Shown one piece after another: positions 9,126 through 18,340 of a DNA stretch of 64,000 nt. The notes beneath the pieces were generated by a model, which did not search any database, was not told the origin of the DNA, and saw only the letters and a program-made list of their open reading frames with translations. Source of the DNA: Pseudomonadota bacterium (GTDB taxonomy: Bacteria > Pseudomonadota > Alphaproteobacteria > UBA11222); NCBI GenBank assembly GCA_049325255.1, contig JBMOMW010000057.1:3804-67803 (forward strand), written 5' to 3'. The stretch's first letter is position 1. Each line of letters begins with the position of its first letter. Position numbers and translations under genes: made by a program.

Positions 9126-10244
9126 ATGTATGACGTCCTTAGAAGAAATCGAAATCTGGAACTGCTGGGCATCATCCTTATCGGCATTCTGATCCTGGTG
9201 GTGCTGCCGCTGGCGCTGGATATTTTCCGGCTTAACCTTGTCGGAAAATATCTCACTTACGCCTTTGTTGCGGTGGGGCTTGTGCTGTGCTGGGGTCATA
9301 CGGCCATCCTGAGCCTTGGGCAGGGGGTGTTCTTCGGCCTTGGCGGCTATTGCATGGCCATGTATCTGAAACTTGAAGCCTCCACGCCCGAGGCCACCAA
9401 AATTCAGTCGACGCCGGGTATTCCCGACTTCATGGACTGGAATCAGTTAACCGAACTTCCTCATTTCTGGGTGCCGTTCCAGTCTTTGCCGCTGGCACTG
9501 ATCGCCGTGTTTGCGGTGCCTGTGCTGATCGCCTTTATCCTTGGCTATGCGCTGTTCAAGCGCCGTGTGGGCGGCGTTTACTTTGCCATCATCACCCAGG
9601 CGCTGGCGGCGGTGCTGACCATTCTGATCATTGGGCGGCAGGATTTTACCGGGGGCATCAATGGCATCACGGACTTGCGCACGCTTCTGGGCTGGGACAT
9701 CCGCACGGACAGCGCCAAATATATTCTCTATTTCGTCTGCTGCTTTGCACTGCTTGGCAGCATACTGCTGGCGCGTCTGGTGATCGCCAGCAAGCTGGGG
9801 CGCATCCTGATCGCAGTGCGCGACAAGGAGGAACGGGTGCGTTTCTCCGGCTATGACCCCGCTTTATTCAAGGTTTTCGTATTCTGTTTCGCGGCTGCTG
9901 TCGCGGCGCTTGGCGGCGCGATGTTTACCTTGCAGGTCGGGTTCATGTCGCCGTCTTTCGTTGGCATCGTGCCCTCCATCGAGATGGTGATTTTCTGCGC
10001 CGTGGGCGGGCGTCACTCGATGGTCGGCGCAGTCACCGGCACCCTGTTGGTGAATTGGGGCAAGACGGTTTTTTCAGAAAGCTTCCCCGAACTGTGGCTG
10101 TTCGCCATGGGGGGGCTGTTTATCGCCGTCGTTCTGGCGTTTCCGCGCGGGCTGGCGGGGCTTTTCACCGATCAGTTGCTGCCGCTGATCAACCGCAAGC
10201 TAAGCGGCAAGCACACCGGCGTCACGCCCGTGCTGGCCGAGTAA
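9126..10244 (+). CDS. urtC: urea ABC transporter permease UrtC
   Basis: LivM-like permease, polytopic, follows urtB after a 6-nt gap. Confidence 0.85.
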   Translation: MYDVLRRNRNLELLGIILIGILILVVLPLALDIFRLNLVGKYLTYAFVAVGLVLCWGHTAILSLGQGVFFGLGGYCMAMYLKLEASTPEATKIQSTPGIPDFMDWNQLTELPHFWVPFQSLPLALIAVFAVPVLIAFILGYALFKRRVGGVYFAIITQALAAVLTILIIGRQDFTGGINGITDLRTLLGWDIRTDSAKYILYFVCCFALLGSILLARLVIASKLGRILIAVRDKEERVRFSGYDPALFKVFVFCFAAAVAALGGAMFTLQVGFMSPSFVGIVPSIEMVIFCAVGGRHSMVGAVTGTLLVNWGKTVFSESFPELWLFAMGGLFIAVVLAFPRGLAGLFTDQLLPLINRKLSGKHTGVTPVLAE

Positions 10245-10254
10245 GGAGAGCAAG

Positions 10255-11001
10255 ATGGCCAACAGAACTGATTTCCTTTTGGCGCTGGAAAATGTCAGCG
10301 TCTCCTTCGATGGCTTCAAGGCGGTCAACGAACTTAACCTCTATATCGACAAGGGCGAGCTGCGGGTCATTATCGGCCCCAATGGCGCGGGCAAAACAAC
10401 GGTGCTTGATCTTATCTGCGGCCGTACCAGGCCAAGCAGCGGTTCCATCAAATTCAACGACAGGGAAATCACCAAACTCAATGAGCAGGATATTGTGCAG
10501 TTGGGTATTGGACGCAAGTTCCAGACGCCTTCGATCTATGAAGACCTGACTGTATTCGAAAATCTCGAAATATCCTTTCCGCGCGGCCGCAATGTTTTCG
10601 GCGCGCTGTTCTGGAAACGCACCAGCGAGATTACCGATCAGGTGCACGCGATCGCCCGCATGATTTTTCTGGAAAAACTTCTGGATAGCCCCGCCGAAAT
10701 GCTGAGCCACGGCCAGAAGCAGTGGCTTGAGATTGGCATGCTGCTGATCCAGGACCCGGAATTGCTGATGCTGGATGAACCGGTCGCGGGCATGAGCGTG
10801 GCGGAGCGCGCAAAGACTGCTGAGTTGCTGAATGAGGTCATCAAGAACCGCTCGGTGATTGTAATCGAACACGACATGAAATTTGTCGAGAGCATTGCCC
10901 ACCGCGTCACTGTGCTGCACCAGGGCAAGGTGCTGGCCGAAGGCAGAATGGAAGCGATACAGGAAAACCCGGAAGTCAAGGAAGTCTATCTCGGCCACTA
11001 A
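10255..11001 (+). CDS. urtD: urea ABC transporter ATP-binding protein UrtD
   Basis: Walker A GPNGAGKTT, ABC signature LSHGQKQWLEIG, Walker B LLMLDEP. Confidence 0.85.
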   Translation: MANRTDFLLALENVSVSFDGFKAVNELNLYIDKGELRVIIGPNGAGKTTVLDLICGRTRPSSGSIKFNDREITKLNEQDIVQLGIGRKFQTPSIYEDLTVFENLEISFPRGRNVFGALFWKRTSEITDQVHAIARMIFLEKLLDSPAEMLSHGQKQWLEIGMLLIQDPELLMLDEPVAGMSVAERAKTAELLNEVIKNRSVIVIEHDMKFVESIAHRVTVLHQGKVLAEGRMEAIQENPEVKEVYLGH

Positions 11002-11012
11002 AGGAAACGGTC

Positions 11013-11702
11013 ATGCTTGAAGTGCGAAACCTTAATGTTGCCTACGGCCAGAGCCAGGTGCTGCATGGCCTTGATTTCACGGTCCAGCCGGGGGAAATTG
11101 TTGCGGTGGTTGGCCGTAACGGCATGGGAAAAACCACCTTGATGAAATCCCTGATCGGCGTCGTCCCGGTAAAAACCGGCGAGATCATCGCCAATGGCGC
11201 CAATGTCACCGCCATGCCCAGCCACGCGCGGGTCGCTAATGGTTTGGCCTATGTGCCGCAGGGACGCCAGATTTTTGGCGCCATGACGGTGGAGGAAAAT
11301 ATCAGGACAGGTCTTTCCGCCACCGGCAGGCGCGTCATACCGGACGAAATCTACAGCCTGTTTCCCATCCTGTGGGAATTCAACAAACGGCGCGGCGGCA
11401 ATCTGTCCGGCGGTCAGCAGCAACAGCTTGCCATCGCGCGCGCGCTGGCAAGCGACCCGAAAGTTCTGCTGCTTGATGAACCCACCGAGGGCATACAGCC
11501 TTCGATCATCAAGGATCTCGCCAAGGTGCTCAAGGAAATCCGCGATATGCGCAATCTGTGCATCATCGTCAGCGAGCAGGTGCTCAGCTTTGTGCTTAGC
11601 GTCGCGGACCGCATTCTGGTTCTGGAAAATGGGCGCATCGTACATAGCGATGTGCGTGAAGGTGTCGATGAGGCGGCCATCGCCCGCTTCCTCGCTGTGT
11701 AA
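11013..11702 (+). CDS. urtE: urea ABC transporter ATP-binding protein UrtE
   Basis: Walker A GRNGMGKTT, signature LSGGQQQQLAIARAL, Walker B LLLDEP. Confidence 0.85.
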   Translation: MLEVRNLNVAYGQSQVLHGLDFTVQPGEIVAVVGRNGMGKTTLMKSLIGVVPVKTGEIIANGANVTAMPSHARVANGLAYVPQGRQIFGAMTVEENIRTGLSATGRRVIPDEIYSLFPILWEFNKRRGGNLSGGQQQQLAIARALASDPKVLLLDEPTEGIQPSIIKDLAKVLKEIRDMRNLCIIVSEQVLSFVLSVADRILVLENGRIVHSDVREGVDEAAIARFLAV

Positions 11703-11740
11703 GGCCATGTGCAACACAAACAAATGGAAGGAGCATCACA

Positions 11741-12970
11741 ATGCCTGAGACCCTGATCAAAGTTGATCTGGCAGATTCCCCCTACAACAACGACATGATC
11801 CATAACCGCTGGCATCCGGATATTCCAATGGTGACATGGGTGAAGCGGGGCGCCGATTTCATTATCGAAACCTATGACTGGACCGGCGGTTTCATCAAGA
11901 ATAATGATAGCGCCGATGATGTCCGCGATATTGATCTGTCGATCGTGCACTTCCTGTCTGGCCCGATTGGCGTTGAAGGAGCTGAACCGGGCGATCTTCT
12001 GGTCGTCGATCTGCTGGATGTCGGCGCCAAGCCGGATAGCCTGTGGGGCTTCAACGGTTTCTTCTCAAAAAAGAATGGCGGCGGCTTTCTGACCGACCAT
12101 TTTCCGTTCGCGCAAAAATCCATCTGGGATATTTCGGGCCTCTATACCCATTCGCGGCATGTGCCCGGCGTTAAATTTGCCGGGCTGATCCATCCGGGCC
12201 TGATTGGCTGTCTGCCGGATCAAAAGCTGCTGGAAATCTGGAACAAGCGCGAAGTGGATTTCATCGCCACCCAGCCCGAGCGGGTGCCGCCGCTGGCCAA
12301 CCCGCCGTTCGGTCCCACCGCCCATGCGGGCAGGGCCAAAGACGCCGCCAAGGCCAAGGTGGCGGCGGAAGGCGCGCGCACAGTGCCGCCGCGCGAGCAT
12401 GGCGGCAATTGCGACATCAAGGATCTGTCGCGCGGCTCAAAGATTTATTTCCCGGTTTATGTCAAGGGCGGCGGACTTTCGATGGGCGATCTGCATTTCA
12501 GTCAGGGGGATGGCGAAATCACTTTCTGCGGCGCCATTGAAATGGCGGGCTGGCTGCATATCAAGGTGGATGTCATCAAGGACGGCATGGCGAAGTACGG
12601 TGTTAAAAACCCGATGTTCAAGCCTTCGCCGATTACGCCGAACTATAATAACTATCTCATCTTCGAGGGTATCTCGGTTGATGAATGGGGCAAGCAGCAT
12701 TATCTCGACGTGCATGTCGCCTACCGGCAGGCCTGCCTGAATGCCATCGAATATATGACCAAGTTTGGTTACTCCAGGGCCCAGGCCTACGCCATTCTTG
12801 GCACCGCGCCGGTGCAGGGGCATATTTCCGGCGTCGTGGATATTCCCAATGCCTGCGCGACGCTGTGGCTGCCAACGGATATTTTTGAATTCGACATCAT
12901 GCCGAACGCCGATGGCCCGGTAAAATATATCAAGGGCGGGGTGGATATTCCAATGTCGCCGGATAAATAA
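11741..12970 (+). CDS. fmdA: formamidase (acetamidase/formamidase family)
   Basis: N-terminus KVDLADSPYNNDMIHNRWHPDIPMVTWVKRGADFIIETYDWTGGFIKNND closely matches characterised FmdA formamidases. 409 aa. Confidence 0.9.
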   Translation: MPETLIKVDLADSPYNNDMIHNRWHPDIPMVTWVKRGADFIIETYDWTGGFIKNNDSADDVRDIDLSIVHFLSGPIGVEGAEPGDLLVVDLLDVGAKPDSLWGFNGFFSKKNGGGFLTDHFPFAQKSIWDISGLYTHSRHVPGVKFAGLIHPGLIGCLPDQKLLEIWNKREVDFIATQPERVPPLANPPFGPTAHAGRAKDAAKAKVAAEGARTVPPREHGGNCDIKDLSRGSKIYFPVYVKGGGLSMGDLHFSQGDGEITFCGAIEMAGWLHIKVDVIKDGMAKYGVKNPMFKPSPITPNYNNYLIFEGISVDEWGKQHYLDVHVAYRQACLNAIEYMTKFGYSRAQAYAILGTAPVQGHISGVVDIPNACATLWLPTDIFEFDIMPNADGPVKYIKGGVDIPMSPDK

Positions 12971-13041
12971 TCTTTTGCGGGTACGGGGCGGCGCCATGCT
13001 GCCCCGTGCGTTCCTCCATCAACAAAACCGGGACGGCAATC

Positions 13042-13377
13042 ATGCCAGTTTACGATTATCTCTGCGACGTCTGCGGCCCGTTTACGGCAATGCGCCCCAT
13101 GGCGGAATATGAAACGCCGCAAACGTGCCCGGAATGCAGCGCGGATGCGCCCCGGTCACTCTCGGTTCCGCATTTCGCCAATATGGCGACGGAACGCCGC
13201 CATGCTTTTTCTACGAACGAGCGCAGCGCCCATGCGCCGCAATCCTCCGCCGAATACAAATCACGGCATGGCGCAAACTGTTCGTGTTGCACGGGGAAGG
13301 GCTCACGCCTTACCGCGCGCGCCAAAGATGGATCAAAGAGTTTCCCGGCCAGCCGCCCCTGGATGATCTCGCACTAG
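13042..13377 (+). CDS. fmdB: FmdB-family zinc-ribbon putative regulatory protein
   Basis: MPVYDYLCDVCGPF...CPECS has the CxxC...CxxC arrangement of FmdB proteins. Sits immediately downstream of fmdA. Confidence 0.7.
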   Translation: MPVYDYLCDVCGPFTAMRPMAEYETPQTCPECSADAPRSLSVPHFANMATERRHAFSTNERSAHAPQSSAEYKSRHGANCSCCTGKGSRLTARAKDGSKSFPASRPWMISH

Positions 13378-13665
13378 AATCCACTTCACATGAAGTCGAA
13401 GCGGAAAATCTTTACCGCGTCCTTTTCCGGGCCGTCATCTTTTATTCAACAAGCCCCCGCGCCAGCCGGCTTTGGCCGGCATGCGTAATGCCAAGCGCGA
13501 ATTTCAGCCCCACGGAGCATAGCCGTTCCGTTCTCTCGTACCCACGCTGTCTGGACCGCTGGAAGTTAGAGTTTTCAGCTTTTTATCGCCGCACCCGCGA
13601 TGACGAGTGCAAGCAGGATGCGCGGCAGTATTGTTGTCAGTGTCATTTGGTTGCCTCCTGCTGGC

Positions 13666-14098
13666 CTAGGGCCTGCCGTCAGTTAAGCCAGATTGTAACA
13701 GAAGCCAGGTAGGTTGCTGCGAGAAAATTGCGCGCGGTTTTGTCATAACGGGTGGCCCCCGGGACCAGCCAAGGCTGGCCCGAGGACAGGCTATGGCCCG
13801 GAATTGCTTGAGTTTGCAAAAGAAGTTCTCGATCAGGTGGCGTGATTTGTAGATGTCCCTGTCATACTCGCGGCTTGACCTTACGAGTGCGTTTTGGCGG
13901 GATGATGACTGTCTTTCCCGCTTGCGTGAGCGGCAAAATGACACGCTCATCCGCATCATAGCCTTTATCAGCAATCACTGTCTGCGCTTCGACAAGAGGC
14001 AAAAGAACATCAGCCCCATCCAGATCACAGGCCTGCCAGGGGGTAAGATCAAAACATGTGTCACTTATCAGTGGAAATTTATGCCCCTCCCGGTGCAA
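13666..14098 (-). mobile_element. IS5-family (IS427-group-like) transposase remnant, 5'-truncated and frameshifted
   Basis: Two overlapping minus-strand ORFs carry ADKGYDADE...IPPKRTRK and YDRDIYKSRHLIENFFCKLKQFRAIA, which are DDE_Tnp_1 C-terminal motifs. The N-terminal HTH region is absent because the fnr paralog stop codon (14126) abuts the remnant. Confidence 0.6.
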
Positions 14099-14125
14099 AT
14101 CAACAGTCAGCGCCCAGGAAGAAAT

Positions 14126-14881
14126 TTAAGTTCCGTGGCCCGGGATTTTTCCCAGCTTTTCATGCAACGCTTGGTGTGTCCCGCATTCTTCGGAGACCGA
14201 GCATTCGTTGCACGCGAAATTACCGGTCTTTCGCATATCCTTGATGGTAACACGCGCGCCGTCGACCGTAATACCCTGATCGCGCAATGTTTGCAGGGTG
14301 CGTGAGAAAGTTTCTTTTTCCATGTGCAGGCGCGAGGCTATCAAGGCTTTGGTATAAGGCAATTCAAACCCGCGCGGATCAAGATTGTACAGCACACAAA
14401 GTTTTTGCAGATAGCAGGCCACCATTTGGGCAGCGGACATGGCCGTAAGATGTTCTACGTCTACCTGCGCGCTATGCAGCCGGTCAGCGATGCCGGCCAG
14501 TAATTTTTCCGCGATATGATCGAAATCTTTGAAGTGCTTCCGCATCCAGGCAATGGGAATTTCAAGCAGCGAACAATCTTCGACCGCGCGCGCATTCATG
14601 GCATGCTCAGCCTGCCCGGCAACGACCTCATCGGCGTTAATGGAATCCCCTGCAATCAGGATATCATTGGTGACCTCACGCCCGCCCGGGGTCTCCCGGA
14701 AAATTTGCATGGCGCCCCGGCAGATCACGTAAAAATGCGTGACTTTATCTCCGTGCATAAACAGGAACTGTCCGCGGGTACAGCTAATTATCCGGCTGTT
14801 GCGGACGAGAATGGCGCCATCATCCAGCGAAAGATCTGAAAACAGAGGAAGCGCCCTGAGTGTATCCAGTGCGGCGGTCAT
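14126..14881 (-). CDS. Crp/Fnr-family transcriptional regulator (paralog 1) with C-terminal CxxC-x5-C-x2-H extension
   Basis: cNMP-binding-like domain plus an HTH with the E--SR recognition motif (ETFSRTLQTLRD) seen in FNR-type TTGAT-box binders. No N-terminal FNR Cys cluster. Instead ends in FACNECSVSEECGTH. About 80% identical to the ORF at 36558-37313. Confidence 0.85.
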   Translation of the reverse strand: MTAALDTLRALPLFSDLSLDDGAILVRNSRIISCTRGQFLFMHGDKVTHFYVICRGAMQIFRETPGGREVTNDILIAGDSINADEVVAGQAEHAMNARAVEDCSLLEIPIAWMRKHFKDFDHIAEKLLAGIADRLHSAQVDVEHLTAMSAAQMVACYLQKLCVLYNLDPRGFELPYTKALIASRLHMEKETFSRTLQTLRDQGITVDGARVTIKDMRKTGNFACNECSVSEECGTHQALHEKLGKIPGHGT

Positions 14882-14978
14882 TTTATCCCCCCAAGATCAA
14901 AATACCCGTATAGAGTATGCATGATACCTGCATAGAATATAAAAAGTCAATTTTTATCCGCCAACCGCGAGGTGCGCC

Positions 14979-15653
14979 ATGTGCTTTTCAGCTGAAGTAA
15001 GTTTTACCGCCGCAGCCATCCTCCTGCCTGCGGGCTTGGCGGCGATCCAGCGCGCCTATAGGACAGATCGGCGCTATGTTCCTATCGCCGCGCTCCCCCT
15101 GTTATTTGGCGTACAGCAGGCATTGGAAGGCGCGGTATGGACGTCAAACGGAAATTCCCAACTGGTGGAGCAATTTTCGCTCGCCTATATGTTTTTTTCC
15201 TGGTTGGCGTGGCCTGTTTGGGTACCATTTTCGGTGTATTTCCTGGAGCCTGCCCGGCGCAAGCCTCTATTTGTCATCCTCGCCATTTTGGGCGGCATAT
15301 TTGGCGGGGCGCAATATTTTCCATATTTTGCCCATGACAATTGGCTGGTCACAACATTCCTGGGACAGGCAATCAGTTACGGGGGCAATGAAATATTTGA
15401 TTACATCATCGGGCGTCCGGCTGCTTATACGCTCTATGTAAGCCTCGTAATCGGATCGTTATTGCTGTCCTCTCATTCAAACATCCGGATTTTTGGCGTG
15501 CTGGTTTTTATGGTGCTGGCCGTCACCTATATATTCTTTGCTTATGCTTACATTTCGGTGTTTTGTTTTGGCGGCGGGCTGATCTCACTTTATCTGGTCT
15601 GGATGCTATTTGGCGGCGGCAAACAATCACATAGCCCCGCAAGGCCGATATAG
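14979..15653 (+). CDS. hypothetical polytopic membrane protein
   Basis: 224-aa ORF with about 6 hydrophobic helices. No family recognised. Confidence 0.5.
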   Translation: MCFSAEVSFTAAAILLPAGLAAIQRAYRTDRRYVPIAALPLLFGVQQALEGAVWTSNGNSQLVEQFSLAYMFFSWLAWPVWVPFSVYFLEPARRKPLFVILAILGGIFGGAQYFPYFAHDNWLVTTFLGQAISYGGNEIFDYIIGRPAAYTLYVSLVIGSLLLSSHSNIRIFGVLVFMVLAVTYIFFAYAYISVFCFGGGLISLYLVWMLFGGGKQSHSPARPI

Positions 15654-15696
15654 GCTGGTTGCTGTATCAGCGTAACATTATGGGAGAAAGACGACG

Positions 15697-15915
15697 ATGA
15701 TGATGAATAACATGATGGTGGGATACGGTTTCAGTCACTGGCTGATGTTCGTAATAATGGCTGCCCTGATACTCTATCCGGTTGGCAGGATCCTTGGCCG
15801 CATTGGTCTGTCGCCATTCTGGTCAGTTGTGGCGATGATTCCGTTCCTGAATCTGATCGGACTTTGGGTTCTGGCTTTCACCCAGTGGCCGCGCGATGGT
15901 ACGGGTGATGCTTAG
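15697..15915 (+). CDS. small hypothetical membrane protein (72 aa, 2 TM)
   Basis: Compact ORF with two hydrophobic helices and good codon usage. Sits between the membrane protein and the AraC gene. Confidence 0.4.
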   Translation: MMMNNMMVGYGFSHWLMFVIMAALILYPVGRILGRIGLSPFWSVVAMIPFLNLIGLWVLAFTQWPRDGTGDA

Positions 15916-15940
15916 TTCAATATGTAGCATGGGTTAAAAT

Positions 15941-16642
15941 ATGTGGAGCGGCGATTTCGTTTTTGGCGAAATGTGGGCGGGGTATCGCGGGCCGGCGTAT
16001 GATACATCTGAACATGCGCATCTCGCGTTGCAAATTGCCCTGGGTGTCAGCGTACCCGTACAGATTGAAGATCAGGGGTCGATGCTTTCGGCATCTTCAG
16101 TCATGATCAGACCTCGTGTACGGCACAAGTTGGTCAGTGCTGGCGAAGAAGTTCTCCTAATTTTTATTGAGCCTCAATCGAACCTGGGAAGGGTATTGAT
16201 TCGCACAATGGGATCCGCTGCTATCTGTATAGCGCCGTCCCCGGTTGCAGATACACTACAGATGGCCCAGCCGCTTCAAAATACCATGGCGCAACTTGTT
16301 ATTTCTCTTGTAGACCCCATACCGTATCACGACGACCGTGTTGCAACCGCCATTCGTATCCTTGCGAACGAGCCGGGACCACAGGCAATCCACAAAGCTG
16401 CGGTTACAGTGGGGCTTTCACCATCGCGTTTGAGGGCGCTCACCCGCGCTGAAACCGGCGCGCCGTTGTCGCAATGGCTGCTCTGGAAAAAACTCGAGCA
16501 TGCCGCACGCGCTATCTCGGCTGGGGCTTCGCTTGCGGAGGCAGCCCACGCAGGAGGCTTTGCAGATCAGCCGCATTTTTCACGGGCGATGCGCCGCATG
16601 TTTGGCCTGACGCCAGGCGCCGCAGCTTTAGCACTACGGTAA
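15941..16642 (+). CDS. AraC-family transcriptional regulator
   Basis: C-terminal HTH_AraC signature GFADQPHFSRAMRRMFGLTP. Confidence 0.7.
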   Translation: MWSGDFVFGEMWAGYRGPAYDTSEHAHLALQIALGVSVPVQIEDQGSMLSASSVMIRPRVRHKLVSAGEEVLLIFIEPQSNLGRVLIRTMGSAAICIAPSPVADTLQMAQPLQNTMAQLVISLVDPIPYHDDRVATAIRILANEPGPQAIHKAAVTVGLSPSRLRALTRAETGAPLSQWLLWKKLEHAARAISAGASLAEAAHAGGFADQPHFSRAMRRMFGLTPGAAALALR

Positions 16643-16668
16643 AAACGTTCCAGGTGGACGAAATGACT

Positions 16669-17334
16669 TTATGCCGGTTTTACAGCAGTGTAGATTGAGA
16701 TAGAGCCGGTGGGCGTATGAATGACATTCGTTTCTGATACGTCCACAAAGCCAGCCTGCGCAATTAACTGCGCAAGCACGCCATCGGCGTTTGGTTGAGT
16801 GGTCTCGAACCCATCGGTCAACTGAACTTGCAGAAATAGCAATCGCATCAGAAGTGCGCGTTGCTGCCCATAATCAGCGATATGCAGCGTGCCTAGTGGC
16901 CGGAGACTCGCATGCATGGCGGCAAGTATTGCCCTTTTCATCGGAATGGAACAGTGGTGGAGCATGAGACTGGAAATTGCCTTATGTGCGACCCCCGCGC
17001 CAACCAACTGCGCCGCCCGATCTCCCATGCCTTCGACACATTCGATCTCTATGCCCGCCGCCCCGGCCTTGGCCTTGGCTAGCCCGAGAGCCTCGGGGTC
17101 CGGATCGAGCGCGATAACACGTGCGCCAGGTGCGGCACACTTGATAATGATAGCCTGCGTGCCGGTACCGGCGCCGGCGTCGAGAATAACTTCGCCATCC
17201 TTTGGATCAATTGCAGCAAGCAGTGCGGCGCGCCAGCGTTTCTCACGCGTCATCAAGGCGATAACGCGATCATATTGTCCTGTGAGCGCCGCGTTGCCGA
17301 GAGCCGGGATAAAATTACGATCAGTCATTCTCAT
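16669..17334 (-). CDS. class I SAM-dependent methyltransferase
   Basis: Motif I VILDAGAGTGTQAI plus downstream motifs. 221 aa. Confidence 0.7.
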   Translation of the reverse strand: MRMTDRNFIPALGNAALTGQYDRVIALMTREKRWRAALLAAIDPKDGEVILDAGAGTGTQAIIIKCAAPGARVIALDPDPEALGLAKAKAGAAGIEIECVEGMGDRAAQLVGAGVAHKAISSLMLHHCSIPMKRAILAAMHASLRPLGTLHIADYGQQRALLMRLLFLQVQLTDGFETTQPNADGVLAQLIAQAGFVDVSETNVIHTPTGSISIYTAVKPA

Positions 17335-17562
17335 TAACCTCTGCTGAGTATATCAGCCGAAAATATGCGGGATTCCAATCATGCGTCTTGAACGAAATGA
17401 CTGCGGCCCCTCTGGGCAGTGTTGAATTTCGTGGGAGAATGCTGATGAAGCACATGACGGTTTGATCCCTAAGCCGCTGGCTCGTCTCGTTGTCGCGGTT
17501 GCTGCCGGATTCTCGCCTTCTCGGAGCGGCAACAACGCGGATATTGTCTCAGGCAGCATCCA

Positions 17563-17590
17563 GTCAGACTGAACCAATTGGTTCAGTCTG
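17563..17590. repeat. 26-bp perfect palindrome CAGACTGAACCAATTGGTTCAGTCTG
   Basis: Read directly in the intergenic region downstream of pcoB. No flanking T-run, so not a canonical terminator. A second, imperfect hairpin lies about 40 nt upstream. Confidence 0.5.
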
Positions 17591-17632
17591 GTTGGATAAA
17601 GCCGTTCCCGACTTCAAATTCACAGAGCGGCT

Positions 17633-18340
17633 TCAAAACCAGAAGCGGATTCCCGCAACCAGCGAGGGGACATTGATATCCTCGCCCTCATCGCGCGCGA
17701 TGTCTGCGGTTTGCCCCAGTTTGCGCTCCCAATTGACGCCGATATAGGGGGCGAATTCGCGCCGTATTTCATATCGCAGGCGCAACCCCAACTCGATGTC
17801 ACTGACGCCCGAACCGATGCCGCGCCCGCTTGTGTCCTGCGCCGCCAGATTAACCTCGAACGAGGGTTGCAGGACCAGACGCTGGGTCAGCAGCAGTTCA
17901 TATTCCGCCTCGAACCGGGCCGACAGTTCGCCCTCATTGCTGAGAAACGCCGCCGCATCGATTTCGAAATATTGCGGCGCCAGGCCCTGAAGACCGATCA
18001 CCGCGAAACCGCGTTCCTGATCCGGTTCGGGGTCGTAGCGAAGCCCCGCCTGCACATCGAAAAAATCTGTCACAAGATGCGAATAGAGCAGCTGCACTTC
18101 GGCTTTTTCCGTTTTGCCTCCGGCAAGTTTTTCGCCCTCGGTTTTCAGCCACGCCTTGTTATAGTCGCCGCCAGCCCAGCCCTGCGCCTCCCATTTCAGG
18201 CTGTTCCTGCCAGCATGGTTCCGGTACTCAAACTGGTCCGCCTGGAAGAAGCTGTAGTTCGGCTCATGTTCTTCCATCGCGGAAGCCTGACTTGTCAGCA
18301 TACAGAGTAATAGTGCAAGTCCGCTGATGCGCCTATTCAT
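17633..18340 (-). CDS. pcoB: copper resistance outer-membrane protein B (CopB/PcoB family)
   Basis: Signal peptide MNRRISGLALLLCMLTSQASA. CopB-family beta-barrel sequence. Overlaps the 3' end of the multicopper oxidase gene. Confidence 0.75.
   Translation of the reverse strand: MNRRISGLALLLCMLTSQASAMEEHEPNYSFFQADQFEYRNHAGRNSLKWEAQGWAGGDYNKAWLKTEGEKLAGGKTEKAEVQLLYSHLVTDFFDVQAGLRYDPEPDQERGFAVIGLQGLAPQYFEIDAAAFLSNEGELSARFEAEYELLLTQRLVLQPSFEVNLAAQDTSGRGIGSGVSDIELGLRLRYEIRREFAPYIGVNWERKLGQTADIARDEGEDINVPSLVAGIRFWF

Noticed and set aside
13125-13712. 195-aa plus-strand ORF overlapping fmdB and extending into the IS remnant
   Set aside because: It is out of frame with the FmdB zinc-ribbon ORF that carries the conserved CxxC pairs, and it runs through an IS fragment. 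No recognisable motifs.
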